Positions 7,262 to 16,917 of a stretch of DNA of 43,126 nucleotides are shown piece after piece. Source of the stretch: Nitrospirota bacterium (GTDB lineage: Bacteria > Nitrospinota_A > UBA7883 > JAJRTC01). Made by a program: the position numbers and the translations under genes. The notes under the pieces were generated by a model. That model saw nothing but the letters and a program-made list of their open reading frames with translations. It had not been told where the DNA came from and ran no database searches. The stretch spans positions 1-43,126 of the forward strand of contig JAJRTC010000202.1 in assembly GCA_024278445.1 (NCBI GenBank), in the 5' to 3' direction. Within the stretch, counting starts at the first letter, position 1; each line of letters begins with the position of its first letter.

Positions 7262-8797
7262 ATGCGCCAGAATCAGTATCTCGAACAGTTCAACACCATT
7301 CCACCTCTTGTAATGGAAGCTGTCGGCAAGGATCACACTCAAAAAACGCCTTCCCCAAAAGTCAGAAAAGAGATAGTGAATCGGATATGGATGGAACAAC
7401 CGTGGGGGGCGCATCCTGTTCAGGACATAAAAGGGCGCAAGCTTGAGATTCTCTCGCCAGGCTGGCTAAACGGCGGAGACGGGCCAGACTTTAAAGGAGC
7501 GCTTTTCCGGTATGACGGTGGCGACCAGGAGACAGGAGACGTAGTTATCCATGTTCGCTCCTCAGACTGGCTGAGGCATAAACACCATCGTGATTTAGCC
7601 TATAACGACACGAGGTTGCATGTGGTGCTATATTGCGATGCCATGTGCGAGCCAAGATTAACAAGCATGGGTGACGCTATTATAGAAGTGGAGCTTGGCA
7701 CAGTGTGCGCCAACGCTATAGACCGGATACGCGCAGAAGCCGAAATGGAACCTTCCAACAAAATTCCACAGGAACTTGCGGGCCGTTGTTCTTCTGCCAT
7801 GGCACGCATAGGGGGCGAGAGGGGAGGCACCCTTCTCGATGCGGCCGGCGAAACCAGGCTTGAGCTTAAATCGCGCAGATATTCTGAGGCCATTAAAAAA
7901 GGTGAAGGCGAAGAAGAGCTTTACTGCGGGCTTTTAGAAGCTTTGGGATACAAAGCGTTTAAAAACCAGTTTGAGCGGCTTGCTCGCGGTGCAACCCTTG
8001 GTAATATTCGCCTGTATCTTGAGGATATAAGGCAGAGCATGAGGCCTATCGCATTGCAGGGTTTGTTGCTAGGAGCGGCTAACCTGATTCCAAGCCCTCT
8101 TCTTGTTGCAAAAAAAGTTGATAAAGAAACAGCTGTTCATCTTGGATTGCTATGGGAAGCGTGGAATAGCGCACAAGATAGCGAAATGTTTCGGCCCGCC
8201 CTTACGGCTAGCGAATGGAAAGTGCCCGGAACACGCCCGGCAAACTTCCCGTCACGAAGGATAGCTGGCCTCGCCCATTTTCTCGCCGTACACGCAGACA
8301 GCGATCTGCACACACTGTTTATCCACCTTCTTAACGCTTTTCCGGCTGATGGAGACAGAAAAAATGTTAATAAGTGGTTTGACGGCGCATTGAACCTTTT
8401 CCCGCATCCTGAGGATGATTATTGGGCGCGTCGATATTCAATGGGAGGCAAAAGGCTTGAAAAACCACTCAGGTTTATCGGCAGAGAGAAGCTTACGCTG
8501 ATTTTAGTTAACGTACTTCTACCATATGCCATGGCATGCGCCCAAACCGGTGACATAACGTTGAGCAAAAGCAGGATCATGAACATTTACAGGTTCTCAC
8601 CATCCCCTGAACCCAATTCCGTGGTGAAATTTATGGTGGGCAGGTTTAAAAACGCCATGCCTCAAAAAGAACTTGTGCAAAATTCGATTCGACAATACGG
8701 GCTTATGCAGATATATTCCGATTTTTGCGCGGTTGATAGTGGTGAATGCCAATCCTGCGGGTTTGCCGCATACCTTGAGAAGCTCGGTTCTCACTAA
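7262..8797 (+). CDS. DUF2851-like protein
   Basis: The N-terminal region (ILSPGWLNGGDGPDFKGA, HVRSSDWLRHKHHRDLAYNDTRLHVV) matches my recollection of DUF2851. There is a C-terminal CxxC. Confidence 0.55.
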   Translation: MRQNQYLEQFNTIPPLVMEAVGKDHTQKTPSPKVRKEIVNRIWMEQPWGAHPVQDIKGRKLEILSPGWLNGGDGPDFKGALFRYDGGDQETGDVVIHVRSSDWLRHKHHRDLAYNDTRLHVVLYCDAMCEPRLTSMGDAIIEVELGTVCANAIDRIRAEAEMEPSNKIPQELAGRCSSAMARIGGERGGTLLDAAGETRLELKSRRYSEAIKKGEGEEELYCGLLEALGYKAFKNQFERLARGATLGNIRLYLEDIRQSMRPIALQGLLLGAANLIPSPLLVAKKVDKETAVHLGLLWEAWNSAQDSEMFRPALTASEWKVPGTRPANFPSRRIAGLAHFLAVHADSDLHTLFIHLLNAFPADGDRKNVNKWFDGALNLFPHPEDDYWARRYSMGGKRLEKPLRFIGREKLTLILVNVLLPYAMACAQTGDITLSKSRIMNIYRFSPSPEPNSVVKFMVGRFKNAMPQKELVQNSIRQYGLMQIYSDFCAVDSGECQSCGFAAYLEKLGSH

Positions 8798-8834
8798 TTA
8801 ATTTTCGCGCGGAATATCACTCCCCTGTCTCGTT

Positions 8835-9066
8835 TTACCGCTTAACTTTATAATTTAACGCAAGCTCATCACCTGGCATTCCACGAATCCCCCAGTTTAA
8901 CATCGGAGTTTCAAATATCGTTATTTCAACATCTTGTTCCTCGATACCGACTTGCTCTTTTATATTTATGAAGAGCAGGTTAATGAGCTTTTTTATCAAG
9001 CAGAACGTAGCGATGAAACCTTTTGTTTTCAGGCAGGCCAAAGGCCTCCATTAGCAGGTTGCTGAA
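8835..9066 (-). pseudogene. Decayed tautomerase-superfamily gene (4-OT-like two-domain type)
   Basis: The C-terminal frame reads ..IKEQVGIEEQDVEITIFETPMLNWGIRGMPGDELALNYKVKR*. A second frame upstream reads ..SNLLMEAFGLPENKRFHRYVLLDKKAH*. The two are joined only by a frameshift plus an internal deletion. There is no N-terminal Pro1 start, and the 5' end abuts a repeat element. Confidence 0.5.
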
Positions 9067-9169
9067 AAAGTCGTTCAAACTGTCATTCTGAGGAACCGCA
9101 GGTGACGAAGAATCTCATAACACTGTTAATACTAACGGTTGTGATTCTTCGCCTTTGGCTCAGAATGAC
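9065..9169. repeat. Inverted-repeat element (MITE/REP-like), two arms
   Basis: The left arm is GTCATTCTGAGGAACCGCAGGTGACGAAGAATCTC (9082-9116). The right arm is GATTCTTCGCCTTTGGCTCAGAATGAC (9143-9169). The outer flank AAAAAGTCGTTCAAACT (9065-9081) is identical, inverted, to 35432-35448. Confidence 0.8.
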
Positions 9170-9253
9170 CAAAATGATCCACGACCAAACGTCACATCAG
9201 AATCTTACAATCAACTTTTTTGACAGGTATGTTATAAAGAAGGCCAGATTTTT

Positions 9254-9781
9254 ATGGAGGCGATTTTGCGAAACAGATTTACAGCTTTTCTCCTTTTTGT
9301 AACGTTCACCCTGTCTGCGTGTGGATATGCCCTTGTGGGGAGAGGCACGTCACTCCCATCCGGGGTCAGAAGCGTTTCAATTCCTCAGTTCAAGGATAAA
9401 ACCGGCGAACCTAACATAGACACCATTGTCACCCGTGCGGTTAAAGATGAGTTTATAAGAGATGGCCGCCTTAAGGTAAAAACAGGTTCATCGGCCGATT
9501 CCATCCTTGAAGGCGAAATCAAGTCTTACACCCTGCGCCCGGTTGCATACGATACTAACAATAACGTAACGGAATATGTTATTACGCTTGGTCTTCTAAT
9601 CACTCATAAGAGCCAGGGGGGGTACGGAAAAGTTTTAAAGCGTGAAAACGTTCTTACAAAATGGCGTTATGAAGTAGATCCATCCATAACCATAGCCGAA
9701 AGTTTGCGGGTTTTAGCTATTGAAGAGGCGGCCTTAAGAGCGGCTGAGTCTATTGTGCCTCTGATTGTGGAATCATTCTGA
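9254..9781 (+). CDS. lptE: LPS-assembly lipoprotein LptE
   Basis: Lipobox LSACGYALVGRG followed by an LptE/RlpB-like beta-rich body of ~175 aa. Confidence 0.7.
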   Translation: MEAILRNRFTAFLLFVTFTLSACGYALVGRGTSLPSGVRSVSIPQFKDKTGEPNIDTIVTRAVKDEFIRDGRLKVKTGSSADSILEGEIKSYTLRPVAYDTNNNVTEYVITLGLLITHKSQGGYGKVLKRENVLTKWRYEVDPSITIAESLRVLAIEEAALRAAESIVPLIVESF

Positions 9782-11435
9782 AGGCGGGCGGATATCATTC
9801 GGGAGAAACTCGATTAAAGCGATAGAAGGCTCTCTTACAGGTCTTAAAACCTCCCAGTTGAGAGCTATCGAAAGGCTTTATCGGCGCAAAACCACGGCGA
9901 ACGCCATTATTACAACAGACATGGGTACGACCATGTGCAAGATTTCGCGGGAGATCGGGCGCCAGATCGGGGTGCTTATAGACCGGCGCGGAAAAGTAGC
10001 CTACGTCATAGCGGGTGGCCGGCATGAAGTGCTTATCCCCAACCTCAGCCGCGACAGGGCCGGGGCGAGCCGTCTTAAAGGATTGCGTTTGATCCACACC
10101 CACCTGGATAACGAGCCTTTATCCCGTGACGATTTAACTGACCTTGCCATGCTAAGGCTCGACCTTATTATGGCTATCGGCGTTGGAGATGCTGGAGAAC
10201 CGCGCACCGCATATATCGCCCACATAAACCCTGACGCCGAAAAACCGTGGGAGGCGCTCCCGCCCGAAGATTTTCAAAGGCTCAGCTTTCCTTTTGGCGA
10301 GTTTATTGAACAGCTTGAGAACGAGCTTCGCGACCGGAATCGTGGCAAGGAATCTAAAGACACATTAAACGCCGTTCTTGTTCATATTTCGAGCCTTTCA
10401 GCCAAAGAAGCAAAGGCAAGAATGGAGGAGTTATCCGAGCTTGCCAGAACGGAAGGTATAAAGGCTATCGACAGCGTAAAATACAAAGGGCAACCGAACC
10501 CGCGCAACATTTTGGGCTCCGGCAGAATAAAAGAGCTTGTGATCCGCGCCCTGTCGCAAAACGCAGACATGATTTTGTTCGATCAAGAACTGACACCTTC
10601 CCAGTCACGATGTATAGGAGATATAACAGACACGCCCATTCTGGACAGAACACAGCTTATCCTCAAGATTTTTGCCCGCCGCGCACACTCATCAGACGGT
10701 AAACTGCGGGTTGAACTGGCCCGCCTTAAATATATGTTGCCGAGGCTCGGCTTGAAAGACGACGCGCTTTCCAGAATAAGGGGCGGCATCGGAATGCGGG
10801 GGCCGGGCGAAACGGCCATGGAAGTTTCCCGCAGGAGAATAAAAGACCGCATACGCGCCATGCAAAAGCAGTTAGATAAACTTGGAATGGGGCGAAACCA
10901 GCGCAGACGTTTGCGTAAAAGGTCGGGAGTTTTTCAGGTGGCGGTGATAGGTTATACCAACGCGGGAAAGTCCACCCTCCTGAACGCTATCACCAAAAGC
11001 TCCGTCCTGGTTGAAGATAAACTTTTCGCCACACTTGACCCGACGTCCAGAAGGATACGTTTCCCGAAAAATATGGAGGTAGTGTTCTCAGACACTGTCG
11101 GGTTTATCCGTGATTTGCCAGAAACCTTGCTAGGCGCATTCCGCTCTACCTTAGAAGAGCTAAACGACGCAGACCTTCTTTTGCACCTTGTTGATTCGTC
11201 GTCCGATGATTATGAAAGAGAACTTGAAACGGTTGAAAAAGTTTTGCGCGATATCGGTCTTGATAAAATCCCAAGGAGGATAGCGCTTAACAAGATAGAC
11301 AAAGTCGCTCCTTCTGTTATAAAAAACCTTATTATAAGACACAACGCTATCCCTGTCAGCGCTTTGAAGGGGTTAGGGTTAAAGCAAATAACAGAAGAGA
11401 TCGTGGCAGGAATTGAGGCAAAGAAAAAACTTTAG
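9765..11435 (+). CDS. hflX: GTPase HflX (long N-terminal form)
   Basis: HflX N-domain (LILKIFARRAHSSDGKLRVELARLKY, GGIGMRGPGE) and G-domain (GYTNAGKSTL, DTVGF, NKID). Confidence 0.9.
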   Translation: MWNHSEGGRISFGRNSIKAIEGSLTGLKTSQLRAIERLYRRKTTANAIITTDMGTTMCKISREIGRQIGVLIDRRGKVAYVIAGGRHEVLIPNLSRDRAGASRLKGLRLIHTHLDNEPLSRDDLTDLAMLRLDLIMAIGVGDAGEPRTAYIAHINPDAEKPWEALPPEDFQRLSFPFGEFIEQLENELRDRNRGKESKDTLNAVLVHISSLSAKEAKARMEELSELARTEGIKAIDSVKYKGQPNPRNILGSGRIKELVIRALSQNADMILFDQELTPSQSRCIGDITDTPILDRTQLILKIFARRAHSSDGKLRVELARLKYMLPRLGLKDDALSRIRGGIGMRGPGETAMEVSRRRIKDRIRAMQKQLDKLGMGRNQRRRLRKRSGVFQVAVIGYTNAGKSTLLNAITKSSVLVEDKLFATLDPTSRRIRFPKNMEVVFSDTVGFIRDLPETLLGAFRSTLEELNDADLLLHLVDSSSDDYERELETVEKVLRDIGLDKIPRRIALNKIDKVAPSVIKNLIIRHNAIPVSALKGLGLKQITEEIVAGIEAKKKL

Positions 11436-11490
11436 CACCTTGACGATTGTCACTTGTCCTGTAAAACTATCCCATCATCGGGGGTTTTTA

Positions 11491-12396
11491 ATGGGCTTCT
11501 TGTTTCGATTGCAGATAATGGTTTTTGTGTCGTTTACGCTGTTGGCACAAAACGCTTTCCCTGAATCTGAAAACTTTGTTAAAGACATAAAAAGCAGGTC
11601 TGATAGTAGCAATACCACCATTTTTATAACCGCGTTATCTCCATTTAAATACCTGGTTTACAGGCTTGAAAACCCCGACCGGCTGGCAATAGAAATAAAT
11701 CACGTTCAAAACAGCCCCGCAGGTGATGAAATAAACCTTGAGGACGACCTTGTTAGCGATATAAACGTATTTTATTTTAAAAAAGCAGAGATATGGCGTT
11801 TGGAAATAGGGCTAAAAACAGAAGTTGTATACGACACTTCAATTCACGGCTCCACTCTTTTTATTGCAATAAAAGAGGCCGATGACAAAAAAGCCAAACT
11901 TAAAAAAGATCTCTCAGAGTCACAAGAGACGGTAGACAGGCTCTCAGCAGAACTGGCTGTTTTACAAAACAGGTGGCAAAAGGAAAAAGTGGAAAACAGA
12001 CCCGCCAAGGACTCCGCAGATCATGCCAAACAGCCTGGAGATATTGAGCATAATCAGGTCGATGAGCTAAGGCGTTTCGTAAAAGGGTGGATTGAAGCGT
12101 GGAAAAACAGGGATACATTAAGGTATAGTGAATATTATGCCGTCTCTTTCGTTGGCCGGGATATGAATAAGACCGAGTGGCTTGATTCTAAAAGAGGAAA
12201 GTTTGAAAACGCCATGTCGATAGATGTGAAAATAGAGGATTTTAAGGTAATTGTGGAAAAATCAAGAACCGTAGTCAGGTTCAAACAACACTACAGTGCA
12301 GACAATTACAGCGATACCGGCCTGAAAATTCTTATCATGGTTAAAGAAAACGACGAATGGCGCATAGGGTCAGAAAGATGGAGGCCCTTACCATGA
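11491..12396 (+). CDS. Secreted AMIN-domain / Cds6-like (NTF2-fold) protein associated with an L,D-transpeptidase
   Basis: Signal peptide from ATG 11491. An AMIN-like segment (YRLENPDRLAIEINHV), a coiled-coil linker, and C-terminal FVKGWIEAWKNRDTLRYSEYY..WRIGSERW typical of Cds6-family domains. Confidence 0.55.
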   Translation: MGFLFRLQIMVFVSFTLLAQNAFPESENFVKDIKSRSDSSNTTIFITALSPFKYLVYRLENPDRLAIEINHVQNSPAGDEINLEDDLVSDINVFYFKKAEIWRLEIGLKTEVVYDTSIHGSTLFIAIKEADDKKAKLKKDLSESQETVDRLSAELAVLQNRWQKEKVENRPAKDSADHAKQPGDIEHNQVDELRRFVKGWIEAWKNRDTLRYSEYYAVSFVGRDMNKTEWLDSKRGKFENAMSIDVKIEDFKVIVEKSRTVVRFKQHYSADNYSDTGLKILIMVKENDEWRIGSERWRPLP

Positions 12397-13475
12397 GGCC
12401 GTCAGGAGAAGGTATAGGAGATATTTTCAGGCGGATGTTTTATGTCACCGCTTGGCAGATGTCTATCAGCCGCGCTAACAAAGATGTAGAACGCGCTTTT
12501 CTTCCTGACGAGGGTTTTACGTTTCCAGACCTTACAAAAACCTTTACCGGCTTTACTTTTCTGGCCCTGCTAGCCTATGGCGCGATGAATTTTGCGGTGC
12601 AGTCCCCAATTACCATAACCCCGGCACCAACGAGCAACATTGTTAAAATAACGCCATATGAACCTCTCACGGTTGTGGTTAAAGAACCCCTTAAAACGGG
12701 ACTACATCTGCCTGTACCAGCTATGATTGAAGAGCCAGTTGAAATGGTGATAGACGAGCCGTTATCAGTTCCGGTCGAGGAACTTGCTAAAACATTCGTG
12801 GAGCCAATCGTGGAGCCAGCAATTGAAGAGCCGGTTATGAGCGAGGTTGAAGCGCTGTTGGCCGAAATAGAAAATTTGCCAAAGCCTGTAATGACTCCTA
12901 CGGTTCCACAAAGCTCGTCTGTTTTTATTCTTGCGGTAGATAAGGTAAAAAAAGAGTTGCTGGTGCTTGAGGAGACGGAGGAGAGCTTCAGGGTGGTAGA
13001 GCGCTACAAAGTGTCTTATGGCGAAAAGAAGGGTGACAAGAAAAGAGAGGGCGACCTGATGACACCGGAAGGCGTTTATCAAATTGTCGCGGTAAAGAGT
13101 GACGCTCAACTGCCGGCAAGATATGGCCCTGGAGCTTTCGTACTCAACTACCCTAACGACCTTGACCGAAAGCAGGGTAAAACCGGTAGCGGAATCTGGA
13201 TTCATGGCTCCGGTCTTGGCGAAAACGTAAAAGATACGGAAGGCTGTGTTGAGGTAAACGACACGGACATAGTATCCCTTGGCAAATTTGCAGAAAAAGG
13301 CACCCCTGTGTTCATATTCCCTGAAGGATTTAAGGTGCCTGAGGACAATATGAAAATAGACAAGGCCCTTGTGAATGTAAAAACGATTTACGGCATCAAG
13401 GAACTTTTCAAAAGTAACGTTATGGGCGAACATGTTATGAAAACACCCATCTTGCCTGCCGACCTCAGTGGCTGA
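12393..13475 (+). CDS. L,D-transpeptidase (YkuD family)
   Basis: ATGA start/stop overlap with the upstream gene. Catalytic region GSGIWIHGSG...TEGCVEVND. Pro/Glu-rich repetitive linker (EEPVE.., VEPIVEPAIEEPV). Confidence 0.8.
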   Translation: MRPSGEGIGDIFRRMFYVTAWQMSISRANKDVERAFLPDEGFTFPDLTKTFTGFTFLALLAYGAMNFAVQSPITITPAPTSNIVKITPYEPLTVVVKEPLKTGLHLPVPAMIEEPVEMVIDEPLSVPVEELAKTFVEPIVEPAIEEPVMSEVEALLAEIENLPKPVMTPTVPQSSSVFILAVDKVKKELLVLEETEESFRVVERYKVSYGEKKGDKKREGDLMTPEGVYQIVAVKSDAQLPARYGPGAFVLNYPNDLDRKQGKTGSGIWIHGSGLGENVKDTEGCVEVNDTDIVSLGKFAEKGTPVFIFPEGFKVPEDNMKIDKALVNVKTIYGIKELFKSNVMGEHVMKTPILPADLSG

Positions 13476-13715
13476 TCTTGATTGCGAGAAACCGCTTTTG
13501 CTATGAAAACAGCTACCCGAAACTCACTTTAATTTCAAGTATCCCACTCCTTTGCCGATAAAAAAGCATGATGATTTCACCATGTTTTTCACAAACTCAC
13601 GCTACAAGGTAACAGTTTGAAAAACAATGAAGTGAAAGTCGCCACACTCGGCTTTTTCGGGAATCTTTTCGCGGCATTTGGCATCAAAGAAGTGGACAAG
13701 AAAGGAGCTTTGAAA

Positions 13716-13931
13716 ATGAAGAAACAAAGCAAAACTATTGGAGCAAAAAAGGCAAACACGGCCTCAAAGGGCGATATAATGGATACGGAATTAGCACCCG
13801 AAAACAAATGTCATCATTGTGGTGGCGCACTTAAGTTCACACCCGACGGAGATGTGTGCATGATGTGCGGACGCGACAAGACACACAGGTGCGAGCATTG
13901 CCTCTACGGAGATGCAGGCGTTGCGGCATAA
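13716..13931 (+). CDS. Small zinc-ribbon protein (hypothetical)
   Basis: AAAGGAG SD 7 nt before ATG 13716. Two CxxC pairs (CHHCGG, CMMCG) plus CEHC. Confidence 0.5.
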   Translation: MKKQSKTIGAKKANTASKGDIMDTELAPENKCHHCGGALKFTPDGDVCMMCGRDKTHRCEHCLYGDAGVAA

Positions 13932-13935
13932 AACA

Positions 13936-14850
13936 TTATTGCGGCCCTGAGGAATTTTGAAACCTGAGAACAGCCGTTACGGTGGCGTTTACAGGGGTGG
14001 GAATTTTGTATTTTTCGCCAAGCGCTGCAACCTTGCCGTTAAAGGTGTCTATCTCCATCTTCCGCCCTTTTCGCCTGTCTACCAGCATTGAGGGGATAAC
14101 TTCGCCCCCCTTTAAGGTTATCTCTATGTTTTTATTTGCCATCTCAGGAGTTAGAGCGACTCCGTCTGCAACCGCCACTTTTATCCACTCTTCCATGGCT
14201 GAGTGTACAAGTTTTTTTGTTTCGTCGAATAAAAGCAGGGCACGAGCGTCGCAATCAAGAATTGTGCATATGGCGTTAAAACCTACGTTCCACACCATTT
14301 TTCCGTATATCTCGCGTTTTATGTTCTCAGGCGTTCTGCATTTAACCGAAGCCCTGGCAAACGCGTCGGCGATTGTAAGAATGCGATCCGAGACGGTATC
14401 CAAAAGCTCGCCAATTGAGATGTGGCCGAACGCCGTATGTAATATTATCCCCGGTTTTTCTACTCTCGACCCGATAAAAGAGATTCCTCCGATCAACGCC
14501 TTCTCGCCAAACGCGTCGGCCAATATAGTTTCGTTATCTATACCGTTTTGAAGGGAAAGGATAGTCGTCTGCGCCCCTACGTTCATTTTGTAAAGGTCGA
14601 TGGTGGAGGCTGTGTCGTATGATTTTACGCAGACGATAACAAGGTCTGCCACAGGAAAAGCACGCCCGTCTTCCCCACATTTTACGGGAATGGCAAAATC
14701 ACCGTTTATACTTTTTACGGCAAGTCCGTTTTTTGCCAAAGCGTCAAGGTGCGCCCCTCTTGCTATAAAAAAGACGTCATGCCCCGCTTTTGCCAACATG
14801 CCGCCGTAATAGCCCCCCACTCCGCCGGCACCCGCTATCAATATCTTCAT
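13936..14850 (-). CDS. panE: 2-dehydropantoate 2-reductase
   Basis: N-terminal Rossmann fold MKILIAGAGGVGGYYGGMLAKAGHDV and an ApbA/PanE C-terminal domain. Confidence 0.8.
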   Translation of the reverse strand: MKILIAGAGGVGGYYGGMLAKAGHDVFFIARGAHLDALAKNGLAVKSINGDFAIPVKCGEDGRAFPVADLVIVCVKSYDTASTIDLYKMNVGAQTTILSLQNGIDNETILADAFGEKALIGGISFIGSRVEKPGIILHTAFGHISIGELLDTVSDRILTIADAFARASVKCRTPENIKREIYGKMVWNVGFNAICTILDCDARALLLFDETKKLVHSAMEEWIKVAVADGVALTPEMANKNIEITLKGGEVIPSMLVDRRKGRKMEIDTFNGKVAALGEKYKIPTPVNATVTAVLRFQNSSGPQ

Positions 14851-14912
14851 CCAAGGGATTATACCATGCTTATATTGCCCACCCGGCAGAGCTGTGGTAA
14901 CGTCTGCTGGAT

Positions 14913-15203
14913 ATGGTCGTTGGAATACTTACCGTAAAACTTGGCATCCCCGGAGCCCGCTCACTCAAGGAGAAGCGGAAGGCGGTGAGAAGCGTAAAAG
15001 ACCGTGTTAAAGCAAAATTTAACGCATCCATCGCCGAAGTGGAAAACCATGACCTGCACCAGACCGCGACTTTAGGCGTAAGCGTGGTTTCGGCAGATGC
15101 TCCCCATGCGGATAGCCAGCTCCAGAAAATATTAAGCCTCATAAACGAAACGGCTCTCGTAAGCCACGTTTCCATGGAGCTTATTAACATTAACGAGCGA
15201 TAG
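14913..15203 (+). CDS. DUF503 family protein (YlxP-like)
   Basis: The sequence GARSLKEKRKAVRSVKDRVKAKFN..AEV and its position directly upstream of rbfA. Confidence 0.75.
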   Translation: MVVGILTVKLGIPGARSLKEKRKAVRSVKDRVKAKFNASIAEVENHDLHQTATLGVSVVSADAPHADSQLQKILSLINETALVSHVSMELININER

Positions 15204-15295
15204 GGCAAAATGCCCGCAAACGTAGTATCATCACGGTGCCGGGGGAAATTACAGGTATTTGCAATGCAAAATAATTTTTTGGGGTTCCGTAATAG

Positions 15296-15661
15296 ATGAA
15301 AAGGTTTCACAGGTCAGACAGGGTATCAGAGGAGATTATGAAAGAAGTCTCCGCGATTATCCAAAATGACATGAAAGACCCGCGCCTGGGGTTTGTATCG
15401 GTCATGAGGGTGGCTCTATCCCGCGACTTAAAACATGCCACTGTTTATTTCTCCGTTTATGGGTCTGATGATGAAAAGAAAAACACCCACACGGCGCTAA
15501 CCTGCGGGGCCGGTTTTGTGCGTGGCCTGCTTGCAAAACGGCTAAAACTTCGTTACACGCCGGAGGTTATTTTCAGGCTCGACAATTCGATAGAGCGTGG
15601 AATCCGCATAAACTCGTTATTAAGAGAAGTCCTGCCTAAAGACGACAACGCAGAAGATTAA
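15296..15661 (+). CDS. rbfA: Ribosome-binding factor A
   Basis: RVSEEIMKEVSAIIQNDMKDPRLGFVSVMRVALSRDLKHATVYF. Confidence 0.9.
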   Translation: MKRFHRSDRVSEEIMKEVSAIIQNDMKDPRLGFVSVMRVALSRDLKHATVYFSVYGSDDEKKNTHTALTCGAGFVRGLLAKRLKLRYTPEVIFRLDNSIERGIRINSLLREVLPKDDNAED

Positions 15662-15735
15662 ACTTCAAAACCCTTCCATTAAATCGCTGGCTGTTATACA
15701 ATTCAGGCTTTTTTCAAATATAGAGAAGTGAGTTT

Positions 15736-16647
15736 ATGGAAGGCTTTCTGAACATATACAAACCTGAGGGTATAACCTCCGCCGACGTGGTGCGGGTTAT
15801 CAAAAGGGAACTTAGGGTTAAAAAAATCGGGTATATCGGCACTCTGGACCCTATGGCTACGGGAGTTTTGCCGGTAGGCATGGGACGCGCTACGAAGCTT
15901 TTCCCTTTCCTTGAAAAAGATAAGAAGGAATATGACGCCATCATGACCTTAGGCTCCTCCACCGACACGCAAGACCGTACCGGCAAAGTTTTGAAAACTG
16001 CCGACCCGTCTTCCATCACCGAGGATCAGGTTAAAGAAGTGATAGAGTCGTTCGCAGGTGAGATAGAGCAGGTGCCGCCAATGTTCTCTGCCAAAAAGGT
16101 GCGGGGAGAGAGGCTTTATGACCTTGCGAGGCAAGGGATAGAAATTGAACGCCAACCTGTTAAAGTTACGGTTCGCGATATCAAATTCATTTCTAAAGAC
16201 AGCGAAAAAGTCCGTTTTACCGTTAAGGTTTCTCCCGGAACGTATGTTCGCACTCTCTGTCACGACATGGGCGAAAAACTTGGCGTCTACGCTCATTTAT
16301 CTGACCTGACAAGAACGGCGTCTGGCTCTTTTGGTGTCAAAAGCTCTCTTCCTCTTGAAGAAGTAAGGAGCGATAACTTGGAAAAGGTTGAAAACAGCCT
16401 TTTATCGTTTACAGAAGCCCTTGCGAATATGTCGCTTGCCATCGTTATCCCGCACGCGGTCGACAGAATCAGAAACGGGATGCCGCTCGGAGTGTCGGAC
16501 ATCGTGCGATTTGAACATGTTCCCGGCAACGAACATGTAAGGATTGTAGATAAGAATGAAAACCTTGTAAGCATAGGTGTTATGGGCGGTGTCCCGATGG
16601 CGGGGTTTCCGTTCTCTTCTATACAGCCCAAAAAAGTGTTGGGATAG
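15736..16647 (+). CDS. truB: tRNA pseudouridine(55) synthase
   Basis: GFLNIYKPEGITSADVV and GTLDPMATGVLPV (catalytic Asp), plus a PUA-like C-terminus. Confidence 0.9.
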   Translation: MEGFLNIYKPEGITSADVVRVIKRELRVKKIGYIGTLDPMATGVLPVGMGRATKLFPFLEKDKKEYDAIMTLGSSTDTQDRTGKVLKTADPSSITEDQVKEVIESFAGEIEQVPPMFSAKKVRGERLYDLARQGIEIERQPVKVTVRDIKFISKDSEKVRFTVKVSPGTYVRTLCHDMGEKLGVYAHLSDLTRTASGSFGVKSSLPLEEVRSDNLEKVENSLLSFTEALANMSLAIVIPHAVDRIRNGMPLGVSDIVRFEHVPGNEHVRIVDKNENLVSIGVMGGVPMAGFPFSSIQPKKVLG

Positions 16648-16821
16648 TAATTAAAATTAACAAATTTTGAGTATTTACGTAACAAATTATACCATATCAA
16701 TATCTTTTTTTTGTAGTCCTGTCGATATATCTACTTGATTTTTCAGCTCTTCACATTATGGCACAGCGTTTGCTCTATATAATCTGAACAGTTTGCGAAA
16801 TAGAAAGAAGGGGGTTTGAAA

Positions 16822-16899
16822 ATGAACACACTGTTTGCGATCGGTTCCGTTTTATGGCTATGCGGCATAGCCGTTTGCGTATCTCCAGCCAAAAAATAG
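16822..16899 (+). CDS. Possible 25-aa hydrophobic micropeptide (MNTLFAIGSVLWLCGIAVCVSPAKK)
   Basis: GAAGGGGG SD 6-7 nt upstream of the ATG, in an otherwise empty convergent intergenic region. There is no other support. Confidence 0.25.
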   Translation: MNTLFAIGSVLWLCGIAVCVSPAKK

Positions 16900-16917
16900 A
16901 ATCACCACGGTTTCACT

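Noticed and set aside
7098-7414. ORFs 7098..7313 (+) and 7187..7414 (-) in the islet/DUF2851 junction.
   Set aside because: They overlap the transposase-tail remnant, the consensus promoter and the start of the DUF2851-like gene. They show no SD or motif support.
9102-9302. Small ORFs generated inside repeat elements (also 18599..18838 and 24187..24510).
   Set aside because: Their sequences are the translated arms of the repeat family (for example ..ILRLWLRMTK.., ..SSPLAQNDQ..). They recur only because the DNA repeat recurs.
12765-13433. A 222-aa ORF on the minus strand, antisense to the L,D-transpeptidase gene. Similar long antisense ORFs lie at 13982..14551, 14870..15310, 17939..18475, 24544..25014, 37186..37677 and 39419..39763.
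   Set aside because: All lie entirely inside, and opposite to, genes with clear family signatures. Their translations are low-complexity or Arg/Leu/Ser-rich shadow frames with no motifs or SD sequences.
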